Part shown: piece after piece, positions 50,035 to 59,275 of the stretch
Numbering within the stretch: the stretch's first letter is position 1
Layout: each line of letters opens with the position of its first letter
Notes under the pieces: generated by a model
What the model was told of the DNA's origin: nothing
Databases searched by the model: none
The model's input: only the letters and a program-made list of their open reading frames with translations
Source of the DNA: an uncultured Clostridia bacterium
Lineage (GTDB): Bacteria > Bacillota > Clostridia > Christensenellales > CAG-917
Reading direction: 5' to 3'
NCBI GenBank assembly: GCA_947305865.1
Contig: CAMZEU010000001.1
Span: 1,607 to 65,606 of the forward strand
Length of the DNA stretch: 64,000 nucleotides
Made by a program: the position numbers and the translations under genes

Positions 50035-52350
50035 ATGAAACTAAAAAGAATTAATTTACTACTCGTAATATTGGCCTTGACATTGGCGCTTATTCTAGGA
50101 TTTGGAATAAGTACTTCTGGTGTTGCCTTAGCAAACGAGGCAGAAACGAGTGGGACATATGGTGGACAAAACACAGATAACTTGTGGTATTACGGCCCAA
50201 CAGACTTAAACATAGAAGCCATTAGGGAAGTAATAATAGGTTGGAATATACCTGCAAGACTTGCTTTAGATGACTATCTAAAGAAAAAACCAATAATTAT
50301 TGCTGTAGCAGATACAGGTTGCAACTTGGCACACGAAGTGTTTGATGATGTTTTATTACAAAATGCAAATGGCGAAGTTGTTTCATATAACTCATATAAT
50401 GCAGCAAACCAAAGATCTGGAATAAATGATGTAACAGACAATGCAAAAGATTATCATGGAACAGGAATGATGTCTGTAATGGCAATGTTAATAAAGGACT
50501 TGGGATTACAAGACTATATTAAGATTTCTCCAATTAAGGTTAGTTACACTAACACAGACAACAAGAAGAATCCATATGAAGCATTTACTCTAAATGCAAC
50601 TAGAGAGGCTATAAGATATGCTGCAGTTGATTTACACGCAGATATCCTCAATCTTTCCTATGGAATTCTTGAAAGCAAGATTGGTCAAAACAATGATTGG
50701 ATACATGACGACAAATTATTGTCTACAATTAATTCGGCTGCAGATCAATTAGTATTAATTGCAGCAGCTGGAAACGATGGCAAAAACTCAGCAGATGATG
50801 CATATTACCTTGCAGCTAATGAAAATGTTATTGGTGTAATGGGATATGATGCAGAAAAGAAAAAGAACGATTCATCCAACTTTGGTAATGCATATGATAT
50901 GTATGCGCCAGCAACAAACATATATGCAGCAAGCAGTGGCTCTAATGCATATAGAGTAGGTACAGGAACATCCTATGCAACAACAATGGTTTCTGTTGCA
51001 ACTGCAATATATGAGCTTAGAGCAAAAGCGGAAAGCTTTACTGAGGACGAATACCCAACAGTTTCTCCTAGAAAAGTAACTAGAGTAATGAGACAACACT
51101 CCCCAAGTGTTATTACATATAGCTACAAAGAGAACCAAGGAACTCCAAACGAGAAGACTATTACTTATACACAACCTAAAATCAATCTCTATTCTCTCTT
51201 AACTGAAGACTATTCAGATATAGATACAAAGTTTGATCCAGTAACCGGTATTGGCATTACTCAAACAGGCACACAATTCGAGGATGTGGAGGATGAAAAA
51301 TTAGGTAATATTAAGCTCGCAAAAGTATCAATTCATGATAGTGGAGAGATAAATGTTAAGGCATACTTAAAACCTAAGAATGCTACAGATCCAGTACTTG
51401 ATAAGAACATAACATGGGTTATAACTAACGATTCTGGTGAAAGACGTGTAATTGCCTCTGGTGCAGAACTTAAATATTTGGTATCCAAAAACGATGTAAT
51501 TAGCAGCCAAGATCAAACAGCAAGAATATATCTCCAAGCAGAGTATGGCAGCTTTACAGATACATGGTATATAGACTTCCAATTTGATGCATATAACAAC
51601 AATTCAAGCATACAAATTAAGGCAGACGGAAAGATAAAGAATGGTGTTATAGATGTTAATAAGCCTATCAAACTAAGCATCTCTGGATTAGAGTATGTAA
51701 ACCTTAATGTTGGTATTATTTGGTATGTAAATGGCGAGATATATGCAACCACACAGACATCTTCTATAACCTTTACACCAAAGGAAGAAGGCACATATGA
51801 ATTCAGTGCACAATATGGTGCATGGCCAAAGAAAATATTAAATACAGTAACTATTAAAGCAGAAATTAACGTATGGTTAATAGTAACAACTTGTGTTGCA
51901 GCACTTTTAGTGCTGATTGCAGTAGGAGTAATTGTTCTTGCATTTGTTAAGAAGAATTATAAACCTAAAGAAAAACCAGAAAAGGTCGAAGCAGATGAGA
52001 CTGTAGAAGAAAAGAAAGGCCCATATAAACCAAGTGTAACAGTATGGCTCATAATAGGATTACTTATCAGCTTCGTGATATTAATAGTATTCTATGGAAT
52101 ACTAATGACCAAGGTCGAAGAGTTACAAATTAGTGCTGTAGGCGCAATAGTTTGCCAAGTGCTCATCTTATTGTTATTTGCATTTGTTGGTGTAATATTG
52201 GCTGCTCAAATTCTTTCAGAAAGAAAGAAGAAAGAGCCAGTACAAGAAGAACCAGCAGAGGATAACAATGTAGAGGAAGAAGCACAACCTGCAGAAGAGA
52301 CACAAGAAGAATTTGTAGAAGAACAACCAGAAGAGAATAATGAGCAATAG
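50035..52350 (+). CDS. S8 subtilisin-like serine protease with signal peptide, three C-terminal TM helices and acidic tail
   Basis: Asp (AVADTG), His (HGTGM) and Ser (GTGTSYAT) triad blocks. TM helices near aa 615, 665 and 700. Tail is EEPAEDNNVEEEAQPAEE. Starts 4 nt after gltX and overlaps the next gene by 11 nt. Confidence 0.85.
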   Translation: MKLKRINLLLVILALTLALILGFGISTSGVALANEAETSGTYGGQNTDNLWYYGPTDLNIEAIREVIIGWNIPARLALDDYLKKKPIIIAVADTGCNLAHEVFDDVLLQNANGEVVSYNSYNAANQRSGINDVTDNAKDYHGTGMMSVMAMLIKDLGLQDYIKISPIKVSYTNTDNKKNPYEAFTLNATREAIRYAAVDLHADILNLSYGILESKIGQNNDWIHDDKLLSTINSAADQLVLIAAAGNDGKNSADDAYYLAANENVIGVMGYDAEKKKNDSSNFGNAYDMYAPATNIYAASSGSNAYRVGTGTSYATTMVSVATAIYELRAKAESFTEDEYPTVSPRKVTRVMRQHSPSVITYSYKENQGTPNEKTITYTQPKINLYSLLTEDYSDIDTKFDPVTGIGITQTGTQFEDVEDEKLGNIKLAKVSIHDSGEINVKAYLKPKNATDPVLDKNITWVITNDSGERRVIASGAELKYLVSKNDVISSQDQTARIYLQAEYGSFTDTWYIDFQFDAYNNNSSIQIKADGKIKNGVIDVNKPIKLSISGLEYVNLNVGIIWYVNGEIYATTQTSSITFTPKEEGTYEFSAQYGAWPKKILNTVTIKAEINVWLIVTTCVAALLVLIAVGVIVLAFVKKNYKPKEKPEKVEADETVEEKKGPYKPSVTVWLIIGLLISFVILIVFYGILMTKVEELQISAVGAIVCQVLILLLFAFVGVILAAQILSERKKKEPVQEEPAEDNNVEEEAQPAEETQEEFVEEQPEENNEQ

Positions 52351-52927
52351 GAAAGAAGAACTTCAAAATGAGATCAAGGAATTGTATAACAAGTTAGATG
52401 TTATAGATAAATCTATAAACAAGAAAAAACAAACCTTGGCAGCATATATTGAAGAAAAGGAAAAAGCAGAAAAAGAATTAAATGACATGAATTCTGCTGA
52501 AACCAAAACCTATATGCAAGTTCAACTACATTCTTTAAAGAATGCAAAGATGAAAAACCAAATGGGAATCAAAAATATAGATGGAAAGATAGCCCAATTG
52601 GAAAAAGATATGCAAAACCCTAGAGAGGTAAAAGAAGGATACGAAGAAACACAAAAGGCAATAGCAGAATTAAAAGACAAAAAGCTTATTCTTCAATCCG
52701 AGATTTCTAGAATAGAAAGAGATATTTCTCAACTAGAGAACAAACTAGAGAGTGTTATTCTAGGGAAAAGCGAAGCAGATGAATTAAGACAAACTATAAA
52801 TGATTTAGAGTTTGCAATTAAATCATTAACGAAAGATATAGAAATAGAGGAAACACGGAACAAGTCTAGAATATATGACATAAAAGAAACAATAGAAGAA
52901 AAGGAAAGAGAACTTAGCACTTTATGA
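52340..52927 (+). CDS. coiled-coil protein (first gene of the kinase/vWA/PP2C/helicase operon)
   Basis: 195 aa, heptad-rich and K/E-rich throughout. ATGA overlap with the kinase gene. Confidence 0.6.
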   Translation: MSNRKEELQNEIKELYNKLDVIDKSINKKKQTLAAYIEEKEKAEKELNDMNSAETKTYMQVQLHSLKNAKMKNQMGIKNIDGKIAQLEKDMQNPREVKEGYEETQKAIAELKDKKLILQSEISRIERDISQLENKLESVILGKSEADELRQTINDLEFAIKSLTKDIEIEETRNKSRIYDIKETIEEKERELSTL

Positions 52928-54216
52928 TTGATTTAAAGCGTAACGAAAGAATACAAATCAAGAATGGTTCTAAAGCCGAGGTTATTCAAAAGATAGGCGA
53001 AGGTGGACAAGGGGCCGTTTATAAGGTTCATTATGCTAGAGAAGATTATGCTATGAAGCTTTACTTTCCGCGTGCAATAAAAAGAAAGAACGAATTTTAT
53101 GCTAATCTAGAAAATAACGTAGTTAATGGTTCTCCAAATGCTTCATTCCTTTGGCCTTTATATATAACCGAGATAAAGAATGGCACTTTTGGTTACTTAA
53201 TGAAATTAAGACCAGCTGGATATGAAGACTTTTCCAAGATTTTAACAGCAAAAGTACGAATGGATAGTGATCTAGCAATTATTAATGCAGCACTACATCT
53301 GGTTAATGCTTTTAAGGATTTGCATAGTAAAGGATATAGTTACCAAGACTTAAATGATGGCAACTTCTTCATAAATCCAACAAACGGAGATGTTTTAATT
53401 TGTGATAACGACAACGTGGCCCCATATGGACAAAATGTGGGAGTAGATGGAAAGAGCAGATATATTGCTCCGGAAGTTGTTACAGGTAAGAGTAGACCAA
53501 ATGTTCATACAGACAGATTCTCTCTTGCTGTTGTATTATTTATGCTTTTCTTTAGAGGACATCCTTTTGAAGGAGCAAAGACAGCTTCACATTGTTGTTT
53601 GACAGAACAACTTGAAAAAGAGTATTACGGAGTACATCCATTATTCTGTTATGATCCTAAAGACAACAGCAACCGTCCTGTAAGGGGCATACACAACAAT
53701 GTAATAAGATTGTGGGATATGTATCCAAAATACATCCAAGATGCATTCACAAAGGTTTTCACGGTTGGTATTAAGGATGTTAATGAAAGGCTCACAGAAA
53801 GAGAGTGGACTAATATTCTATTAAGATATCGAAATGCAACAATACATTGTTCCTGTGGCTGTTACAATACGTTTGAAGATGAATCACAAGTTAGATTAAC
53901 TTGTGCAGATTGCGGAGCAGAGATAAATAGACCATTAATTTTAACAATTAAGAAGAACAAGATATATCTATATCCAGATTCAAGGTTATACACATACCAA
54001 GTGGAAGATACAGATGACCTCTTCCAAGAATCCGGAATAGTTATTGTAAATAAAGCAAATAAATCTCTTTGGGGATTAAAGAACTTATCCAAGAACAGTT
54101 GGATAGTAGAGTATGCTGGTGGAGAACAGAAGGTTATACCTTCTGGAGGAGTACTGGTCTTATTAAAAGGAACAAAAATATTTTTCGGAAACGAATATAG
54201 TGGAGAAATAAACTAG
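52924..54216 (+). CDS. Hanks-type Ser/Thr protein kinase with C-terminal Zn-ribbon and FHA-like domain
   Basis: IGEGGQGAVYKV, AMK, YQDLNDGN, CDNDN, RYIAPE motifs. CSCGC...CADCG Zn-ribbon. The terminal ~90-aa beta-rich segment (LKNLSKNSWIVEY...GTKIFFGN) is FHA-like. Confidence 0.8.
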   Translation: MIDLKRNERIQIKNGSKAEVIQKIGEGGQGAVYKVHYAREDYAMKLYFPRAIKRKNEFYANLENNVVNGSPNASFLWPLYITEIKNGTFGYLMKLRPAGYEDFSKILTAKVRMDSDLAIINAALHLVNAFKDLHSKGYSYQDLNDGNFFINPTNGDVLICDNDNVAPYGQNVGVDGKSRYIAPEVVTGKSRPNVHTDRFSLAVVLFMLFFRGHPFEGAKTASHCCLTEQLEKEYYGVHPLFCYDPKDNSNRPVRGIHNNVIRLWDMYPKYIQDAFTKVFTVGIKDVNERLTEREWTNILLRYRNATIHCSCGCYNTFEDESQVRLTCADCGAEINRPLILTIKKNKIYLYPDSRLYTYQVEDTDDLFQESGIVIVNKANKSLWGLKNLSKNSWIVEYAGGEQKVIPSGGVLVLLKGTKIFFGNEYSGEIN

Positions 54217-54226
54217 GGGGCAAATT

Positions 54227-54940
54227 ATGGGTAAATATGACAATGTTGAAGGAATAGCAAGACGTACAATGATACTATTTTTCTTAATTGATACATCAAA
54301 TAGTATGTCTGGAACAAAAATCGGTGAAGTTAACGATGCTATAGAAGGTGTTATACCTGAAATCAAGGAAATATCTGCATCCAATGCAGATGCATTAATT
54401 AAGATTGCTTGTTTAACATTTTCTACAGGTATTAAATGGATGTATCCAAACCCAGTAGATGTAAACGACTTCAAGTGGAGTTATGTTAATGCAGGTGGCA
54501 TGACAGAAATGGGTAAAGCTTTTGAAGTATTAAATGAGAAACTATCTAGAAATGAGTTTATGGCAGAAGTTGCAGGTTCATATGCTCCAGCAATATTCCT
54601 TTTATCTGATGGTGCCCCAACAGATGAATATAAAGAAGCAATAGATAAACTCAAGAAGAACAACTGGTTCAAGTATGCACTAAAAGCAGCAGTTGCAATT
54701 GGTGACGATGCAGACAAAGAAATGTTGGCAACATTTACCGGAGACGATGAATTGGTATTAACAGCACACTCTCCAGAAGCTTTAAGAAAGGTTATTAGAT
54801 TTGTTAGCGTAACAGCATCTAAGATAGGAAGCAAGAGCTCTGTATCTACACAAACCAACAATGCAAAGCAAGATGATTTTGCAGAACAAATCACAGAATT
54901 CAATAGCGATTTAATAGATTCACAAAATGATAATTGGTAA
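54227..54940 (+). CDS. von Willebrand factor A (TerY-like) protein
   Basis: AGGGGG RBS. MIDAS motif DTSNSMSG with GGMTEMG and LLSDGAPTD. Confidence 0.8.
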   Translation: MGKYDNVEGIARRTMILFFLIDTSNSMSGTKIGEVNDAIEGVIPEIKEISASNADALIKIACLTFSTGIKWMYPNPVDVNDFKWSYVNAGGMTEMGKAFEVLNEKLSRNEFMAEVAGSYAPAIFLLSDGAPTDEYKEAIDKLKKNNWFKYALKAAVAIGDDADKEMLATFTGDDELVLTAHSPEALRKVIRFVSVTASKIGSKSSVSTQTNNAKQDDFAEQITEFNSDLIDSQNDNW

Positions 54941-55784
54941 TAAAAACATCTCCAATATTAAGTCTTTTGCACTATCTCAAATTGGCGCAAGCCATAAAGA
55001 TTATGAGATATGCGAGGATTATTCTGGTTCATACCAGGATGATATTATGTCCATTGTTTGCGTTGCAGATGGGCATGGAGATAGTAGATGTGTGAGAGCA
55101 AATATTGGTTCTCAAATTGCTGTAGAAGTAGGAATTCAAGCAGTACGTGAATTTATATCAAATCAACCAAACATAGATTTAAAAGATACAAAAGAAACAG
55201 ATAAAGCATTTGTTCAGTTAAAATCATATATTTTATATAAGTGGCTAGAAAAGATAAAAGAGCATCTAGATTATAATCCGTTGAAGGATGATGAACGCAG
55301 ATTAATGGACATAGAAATGCAAGAAGAATATGAAAGAGATGGGACTATAAAATATTTCCCATTGCTATATGGAAGCACATTTATTCTCGCATGCGTAACC
55401 AATGGATTTTATTTTGCTCTTCAACTTGGAGACGGAGATGTTGTTCTCCGTACAAAGAAAGCATATATCTTCCCAATGCCAGAAGACGAAAGGTGTGTAG
55501 GCAATTTTACAACGTCACTTTGCAATGCGGATGCAATAGATTCATTTAGACACTTTTATGAGAAAGGAAGTCCAAGAGCATTATTTGTTTGTACGGATGG
55601 GCTCAAGAATTCTTTTGCAGAAAGTAAGTTCTTGTTCCTGTTCCTGGAAAAGGTTGGAGAAAACGTTTTAGAAAGTGGTGAAGTAAAAGCAGTAAATGAT
55701 TTGTCTGTGTTCTTGGATACATTATCTGAGATGGGAAGTAGAGACGATATCTCTATTGGAGCAATTATAGATATAGGTGAGTGA
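54927..55784 (+). CDS. PP2C-family protein phosphatase
   Basis: GASHKD..CEDY, VADGHGDS, LGDGD, CTDGL and RDDIS metal-binding blocks. 14-nt overlap with the vWA gene. Confidence 0.75.
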   Translation: MIIGNKNISNIKSFALSQIGASHKDYEICEDYSGSYQDDIMSIVCVADGHGDSRCVRANIGSQIAVEVGIQAVREFISNQPNIDLKDTKETDKAFVQLKSYILYKWLEKIKEHLDYNPLKDDERRLMDIEMQEEYERDGTIKYFPLLYGSTFILACVTNGFYFALQLGDGDVVLRTKKAYIFPMPEDERCVGNFTTSLCNADAIDSFRHFYEKGSPRALFVCTDGLKNSFAESKFLFLFLEKVGENVLESGEVKAVNDLSVFLDTLSEMGSRDDISIGAIIDIGE

Positions 55785-55786
55785 GT

Positions 55787-58777
55787 ATGAGTGTTTATGA
55801 TGCATTATACAGAGCCATAGAAGAAAGTCCAGAAATCTGTACCAACATAAAAAGGTTCAGAGGTATTCTTTTGGACTTATCTATGGATGATGTCGCAAGC
55901 GTAAATCTTATAGAACTTGCCATGAAGCAAGGATTACATATAAAAGTTTCCAAGATTGCTAGAAATAATCAAAGAGAAATCCAGAATATTATTACAGACT
56001 TTGTTAAATCTTTCTCAATTAACCAATCTAGAATTCCTTGGCTAACTGAGTTCTTTACAAATGTATTTGCAGAAAGAGATTTAATTTCAAAGGAAGAAAG
56101 AGGATCTAAGTTAAAATTTGGTAAGCAAGGTAAATATTTGTTGTTAGATAGAACGGATATCGCCACACCAATTAAGAATTATATTCCATGTGGCTCTGGC
56201 AAGCAGGATTATGGTTTCTATGTTAACGGGCTAAAAGAAGAAGATATGTGTGTGCATCCTAGAGCAGGTGTATATGCAACGGTATTTGGCATTTTGCAAC
56301 GTAATCTTAATATGAAACCATCTGCATTTATAAAAGAATATGAGAAGAGTGTTAAAACTAGCTTGAATTATTCTATGGTATACAGGCTAGAAATGATGAT
56401 TCTTCTAATGATTAAAAACAATTACATAAAAGAAGACATAGTTTCTCTAAAATATGATGGAAATGTAGAAGATATAAATGCGGCCATAGAAGAAATTAAC
56501 CATATAAGTGAAAGTATCTGCAAATTAGCAAGAATTGAATTTAAGAAATTAAAGTATAAATTTGCAGCAACAGGTGTATTCTTATCCTCTAAGGAAGAAG
56601 ATGGCATTATCCAATTTAAGAATGCAAGCAAGAGAGAAACAGAGTGTAGATATATTTGGAACGAAAGAAACCTCATATATTCCATTAACAATGAGAACGA
56701 AGGATATTTAGATATTCTCTTAGACGAGATATTTGATTTCAAGACATTCTTACCAGGGCAAAAGGAATCTTTAATAGACATCTTAAACAAGAAGGATGCA
56801 AGAGAGATATGTATCATGCCAACAGGTAGTGGCAAGTCTTTAATATACTACTTCGTCGCAATGCTTAATCCATGCCCAACATTTGTCATTGTTCCAACAG
56901 ATATCCTTATTCTAGACCAAATAAGAAATCTACAACTCTTCCATGGTATAGATGATGTCATGTATTTGGCAAGCAGTATGAACTATTCTGCATTCATTCC
57001 AAGCAACAAATTCATATTCGTTAATCCAATGACATTTATGGATAGAAAATTGCTAAACAAATTAATAGATCTTAACAACAAACAAGTCATCGGAAACGTA
57101 GTTTTGGATGAGGTCCATTGTATATCTAACTGGAGCCATGATTTCAGGCCAGAATACCTAATGCTATCCTTTAACCTAACAGAATTCGTAGATAAAACCC
57201 CGTATTTGGGATTTACGGCTACTGCGAACTATTCTGTAGTTAAGGATATAAAAGAGCAATTACACATAGATGAAAAGAATATAATTTGTCCAATATCTTT
57301 GAAGAATACAGCTATGCATTTTAGCTATACAGAGTGTACAAATGTAGACAAAATATACTCTCAAATAGGGCAAGAAATAACCTCTTCTGTATCCGATTCT
57401 GTGGACACATTAAAGAGAACATTAGTCTTTACTCGCACAGCAAAAGAAGCCCAAAAAGTCTATGACCAATTAGACGAATCCACAAGGGAACATGTAGATA
57501 TTTTCAACAATAGTACCTCCTCGTATTCGGATTTTGCAGAAGGTGAAACAGATGTTTTAATAGCAGATGATACTATGGGAATTGGTATCAATATGCCAAG
57601 TATTACAAACATTATTCATATGGGTGCACCTATATCTAAGAGTGAATATGTACAAGAAATGGGTAGAGCCGGAAGAAACGGAATAGAGAGTTCTTCCTCC
57701 ATTGTTTATCTTGGCAAGAGTGAATATAAGGAAGATTATAAGAGACTTATAGATAGAAACGTAAAGATAGACAATATATTGTCTTTGCTTAATAGAGCAG
57801 ATTTAGAAGATGAATTTAAAACCATTGTTGGAAAGATATTTGGAAATGTAGAAGACAAGATAGCATTTGTAAGAAAAGTTATCACTGTTAGTGATAGCAT
57901 TCAAAAGATGGATCTTCAAGGTGTATTGGCATTTAATGTTAAGGATGTACACAATTATGCCGAAACATCTAAGATAATGAGATACCTTTATGTTTTACAT
58001 AAAACTGGCATAATTTACTCCTGGTACTTTGAAGGAATTAATGAAAAAGAAGGCATAATAAGTTTCTATATAGATCAAGGCAAAGAAAAAGCAACACTAG
58101 ATAGAGTAAAACAAGGAAGTTTAAACTATATTAATAGTTTAGGAATATACAAGAAAGCAACACATCAAATAAAAGAAGCAGAAAGCATAGAAGATGTCAT
58201 TATGGCATATGTAGAATGGCATTATTCTCAACTCTTGTATTATCACAGAGAACAATTCATAGATATGCTTGATTTCTTAGATGTATACAAAGATAGAAGT
58301 GATACAGAAAAGGCAGAAGCGCTTGAGAGTTATTTTGCATTGTCTATCTTAGATGTTCAAAGAGATGTTAAGAAAACAGACAATCTTTCTATTGAAGAAA
58401 TCATAAGATTTGCAAGCTCATCTCCAACTCTTGCTTTAGCAGATAATATGAGAAAGAGCAACGAAGGTAAGTATATGGTTAAGATAGACTTGTTCTTATT
58501 GTTATACAATCTCTTCCAATTTGACGACTTTGATAAATCCAGATATAAGAGAATATTAAGCAATCTCAACGATGCTGAACTCAAAGAGTTCATAGATGGC
58601 ATATACTTGTTCTATCCAAGACTTAAGGAAGAGGATAAGCTAAACATAATAGATGGTCTAGTTCCAAAGATTAATGTTGGAGAATTGCTAGATATCATAT
58701 ATAGAAACACACCAAAAGATACCGTATATTATTACATATTTGCATTATATGCAAATAAAGTGTTCGGAGACAAATAA
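55787..58777 (+). CDS. RecQ-family (SF2) helicase with large unassigned N- and C-terminal regions
   Basis: ATG lies 6 nt after AGGTGA (the track starts at GTG 55781). Motif I MPTGSGKS, motif II LDEVHCISNWSHDFRPEY, motif III GFTATAN, motif VI QEMGRAGRNG. The first ~320 aa and last ~350 aa carry no motif I recognise. Confidence 0.8.
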   Translation: MSVYDALYRAIEESPEICTNIKRFRGILLDLSMDDVASVNLIELAMKQGLHIKVSKIARNNQREIQNIITDFVKSFSINQSRIPWLTEFFTNVFAERDLISKEERGSKLKFGKQGKYLLLDRTDIATPIKNYIPCGSGKQDYGFYVNGLKEEDMCVHPRAGVYATVFGILQRNLNMKPSAFIKEYEKSVKTSLNYSMVYRLEMMILLMIKNNYIKEDIVSLKYDGNVEDINAAIEEINHISESICKLARIEFKKLKYKFAATGVFLSSKEEDGIIQFKNASKRETECRYIWNERNLIYSINNENEGYLDILLDEIFDFKTFLPGQKESLIDILNKKDAREICIMPTGSGKSLIYYFVAMLNPCPTFVIVPTDILILDQIRNLQLFHGIDDVMYLASSMNYSAFIPSNKFIFVNPMTFMDRKLLNKLIDLNNKQVIGNVVLDEVHCISNWSHDFRPEYLMLSFNLTEFVDKTPYLGFTATANYSVVKDIKEQLHIDEKNIICPISLKNTAMHFSYTECTNVDKIYSQIGQEITSSVSDSVDTLKRTLVFTRTAKEAQKVYDQLDESTREHVDIFNNSTSSYSDFAEGETDVLIADDTMGIGINMPSITNIIHMGAPISKSEYVQEMGRAGRNGIESSSSIVYLGKSEYKEDYKRLIDRNVKIDNILSLLNRADLEDEFKTIVGKIFGNVEDKIAFVRKVITVSDSIQKMDLQGVLAFNVKDVHNYAETSKIMRYLYVLHKTGIIYSWYFEGINEKEGIISFYIDQGKEKATLDRVKQGSLNYINSLGIYKKATHQIKEAESIEDVIMAYVEWHYSQLLYYHREQFIDMLDFLDVYKDRSDTEKAEALESYFALSILDVQRDVKKTDNLSIEEIIRFASSSPTLALADNMRKSNEGKYMVKIDLFLLLYNLFQFDDFDKSRYKRILSNLNDAELKEFIDGIYLFYPRLKEEDKLNIIDGLVPKINVGELLDIIYRNTPKDTVYYYIFALYANKVFGDK

Positions 58778-58787
58778 AGGAGACAAC

Positions 58788-59105
58788 ATGAGCGAGTTAG
58801 AAAATTTAGTACAAGAAATTGAAAAGTTCAAACAAAACGTAAGCCAATCTAATAAACTATATGAAAAATTAGACAAGGCCATTGAGGCAACTGAATTAGC
58901 AGCAGATTCTCAAAGATCTTTAAAAGATGATGTTGTAGCTAAATTTGATGAATTATCAAAGCAATATCAATCTTTAGAAAAAGAGATAAAAGAAATAGGT
59001 AACGAAGTTAAAAAGCAAAAGAAATTGAACCTTATTCTTGGTTGTGGACTAGGAGTTTTAGGTATAGTTTCTATCGTTTTGTTAATACTAATTTTGGCAT
59101 TATAA
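58788..59105 (+). CDS. tail-anchored coiled-coil membrane protein
   Basis: AAAGGAG RBS and MSELENLV start (16 codons inside the track ORF). Coiled-coil N-terminus and a single C-terminal TM (LILGCGLGVLGIVSIVLLILILAL). Confidence 0.6.
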   Translation: MSELENLVQEIEKFKQNVSQSNKLYEKLDKAIEATELAADSQRSLKDDVVAKFDELSKQYQSLEKEIKEIGNEVKKQKKLNLILGCGLGVLGIVSIVLLILILAL

Positions 59106-59144
59106 ACGGCTAAAATAAAACATAAAATAATAACTATAAATAAA

Positions 59145-59173
59145 TTGACAACAAAAAATACTTGTATTAAAAT
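59145..59173 (+). promoter_or_regulatory. putative promoter of tRNA-Ile
   Basis: TTGACA (59145-59150), 17-nt spacer, TAAAAT (59168-59173). About 20 nt before the tRNA 5' end. Confidence 0.45.
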
Positions 59174-59192
59174 AAACACGCTAACGAAATAA

Positions 59193-59269
59193 GGGGTTGT
59201 AGCTCAGTTGGTTAGAGCACGCGCCTGATAAGCGCGAGGTCGATAGTTCGAGCCTATTCAACCCCACCA
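59193..59269 (+). tRNA. tRNA-Ile (anticodon GAU), CCA encoded
   Basis: Acceptor stem GGGGTTG/CAACCCC, D-arm TAGCTCAGTTGGTTAGAGC, anticodon stem CGCGC/GCGCG with loop CTGATAA, T-arm GGTCGATAGTTCGAGCCTATT; 77 nt. Confidence 0.93.
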
Positions 59270-59275
59270 TATAAG

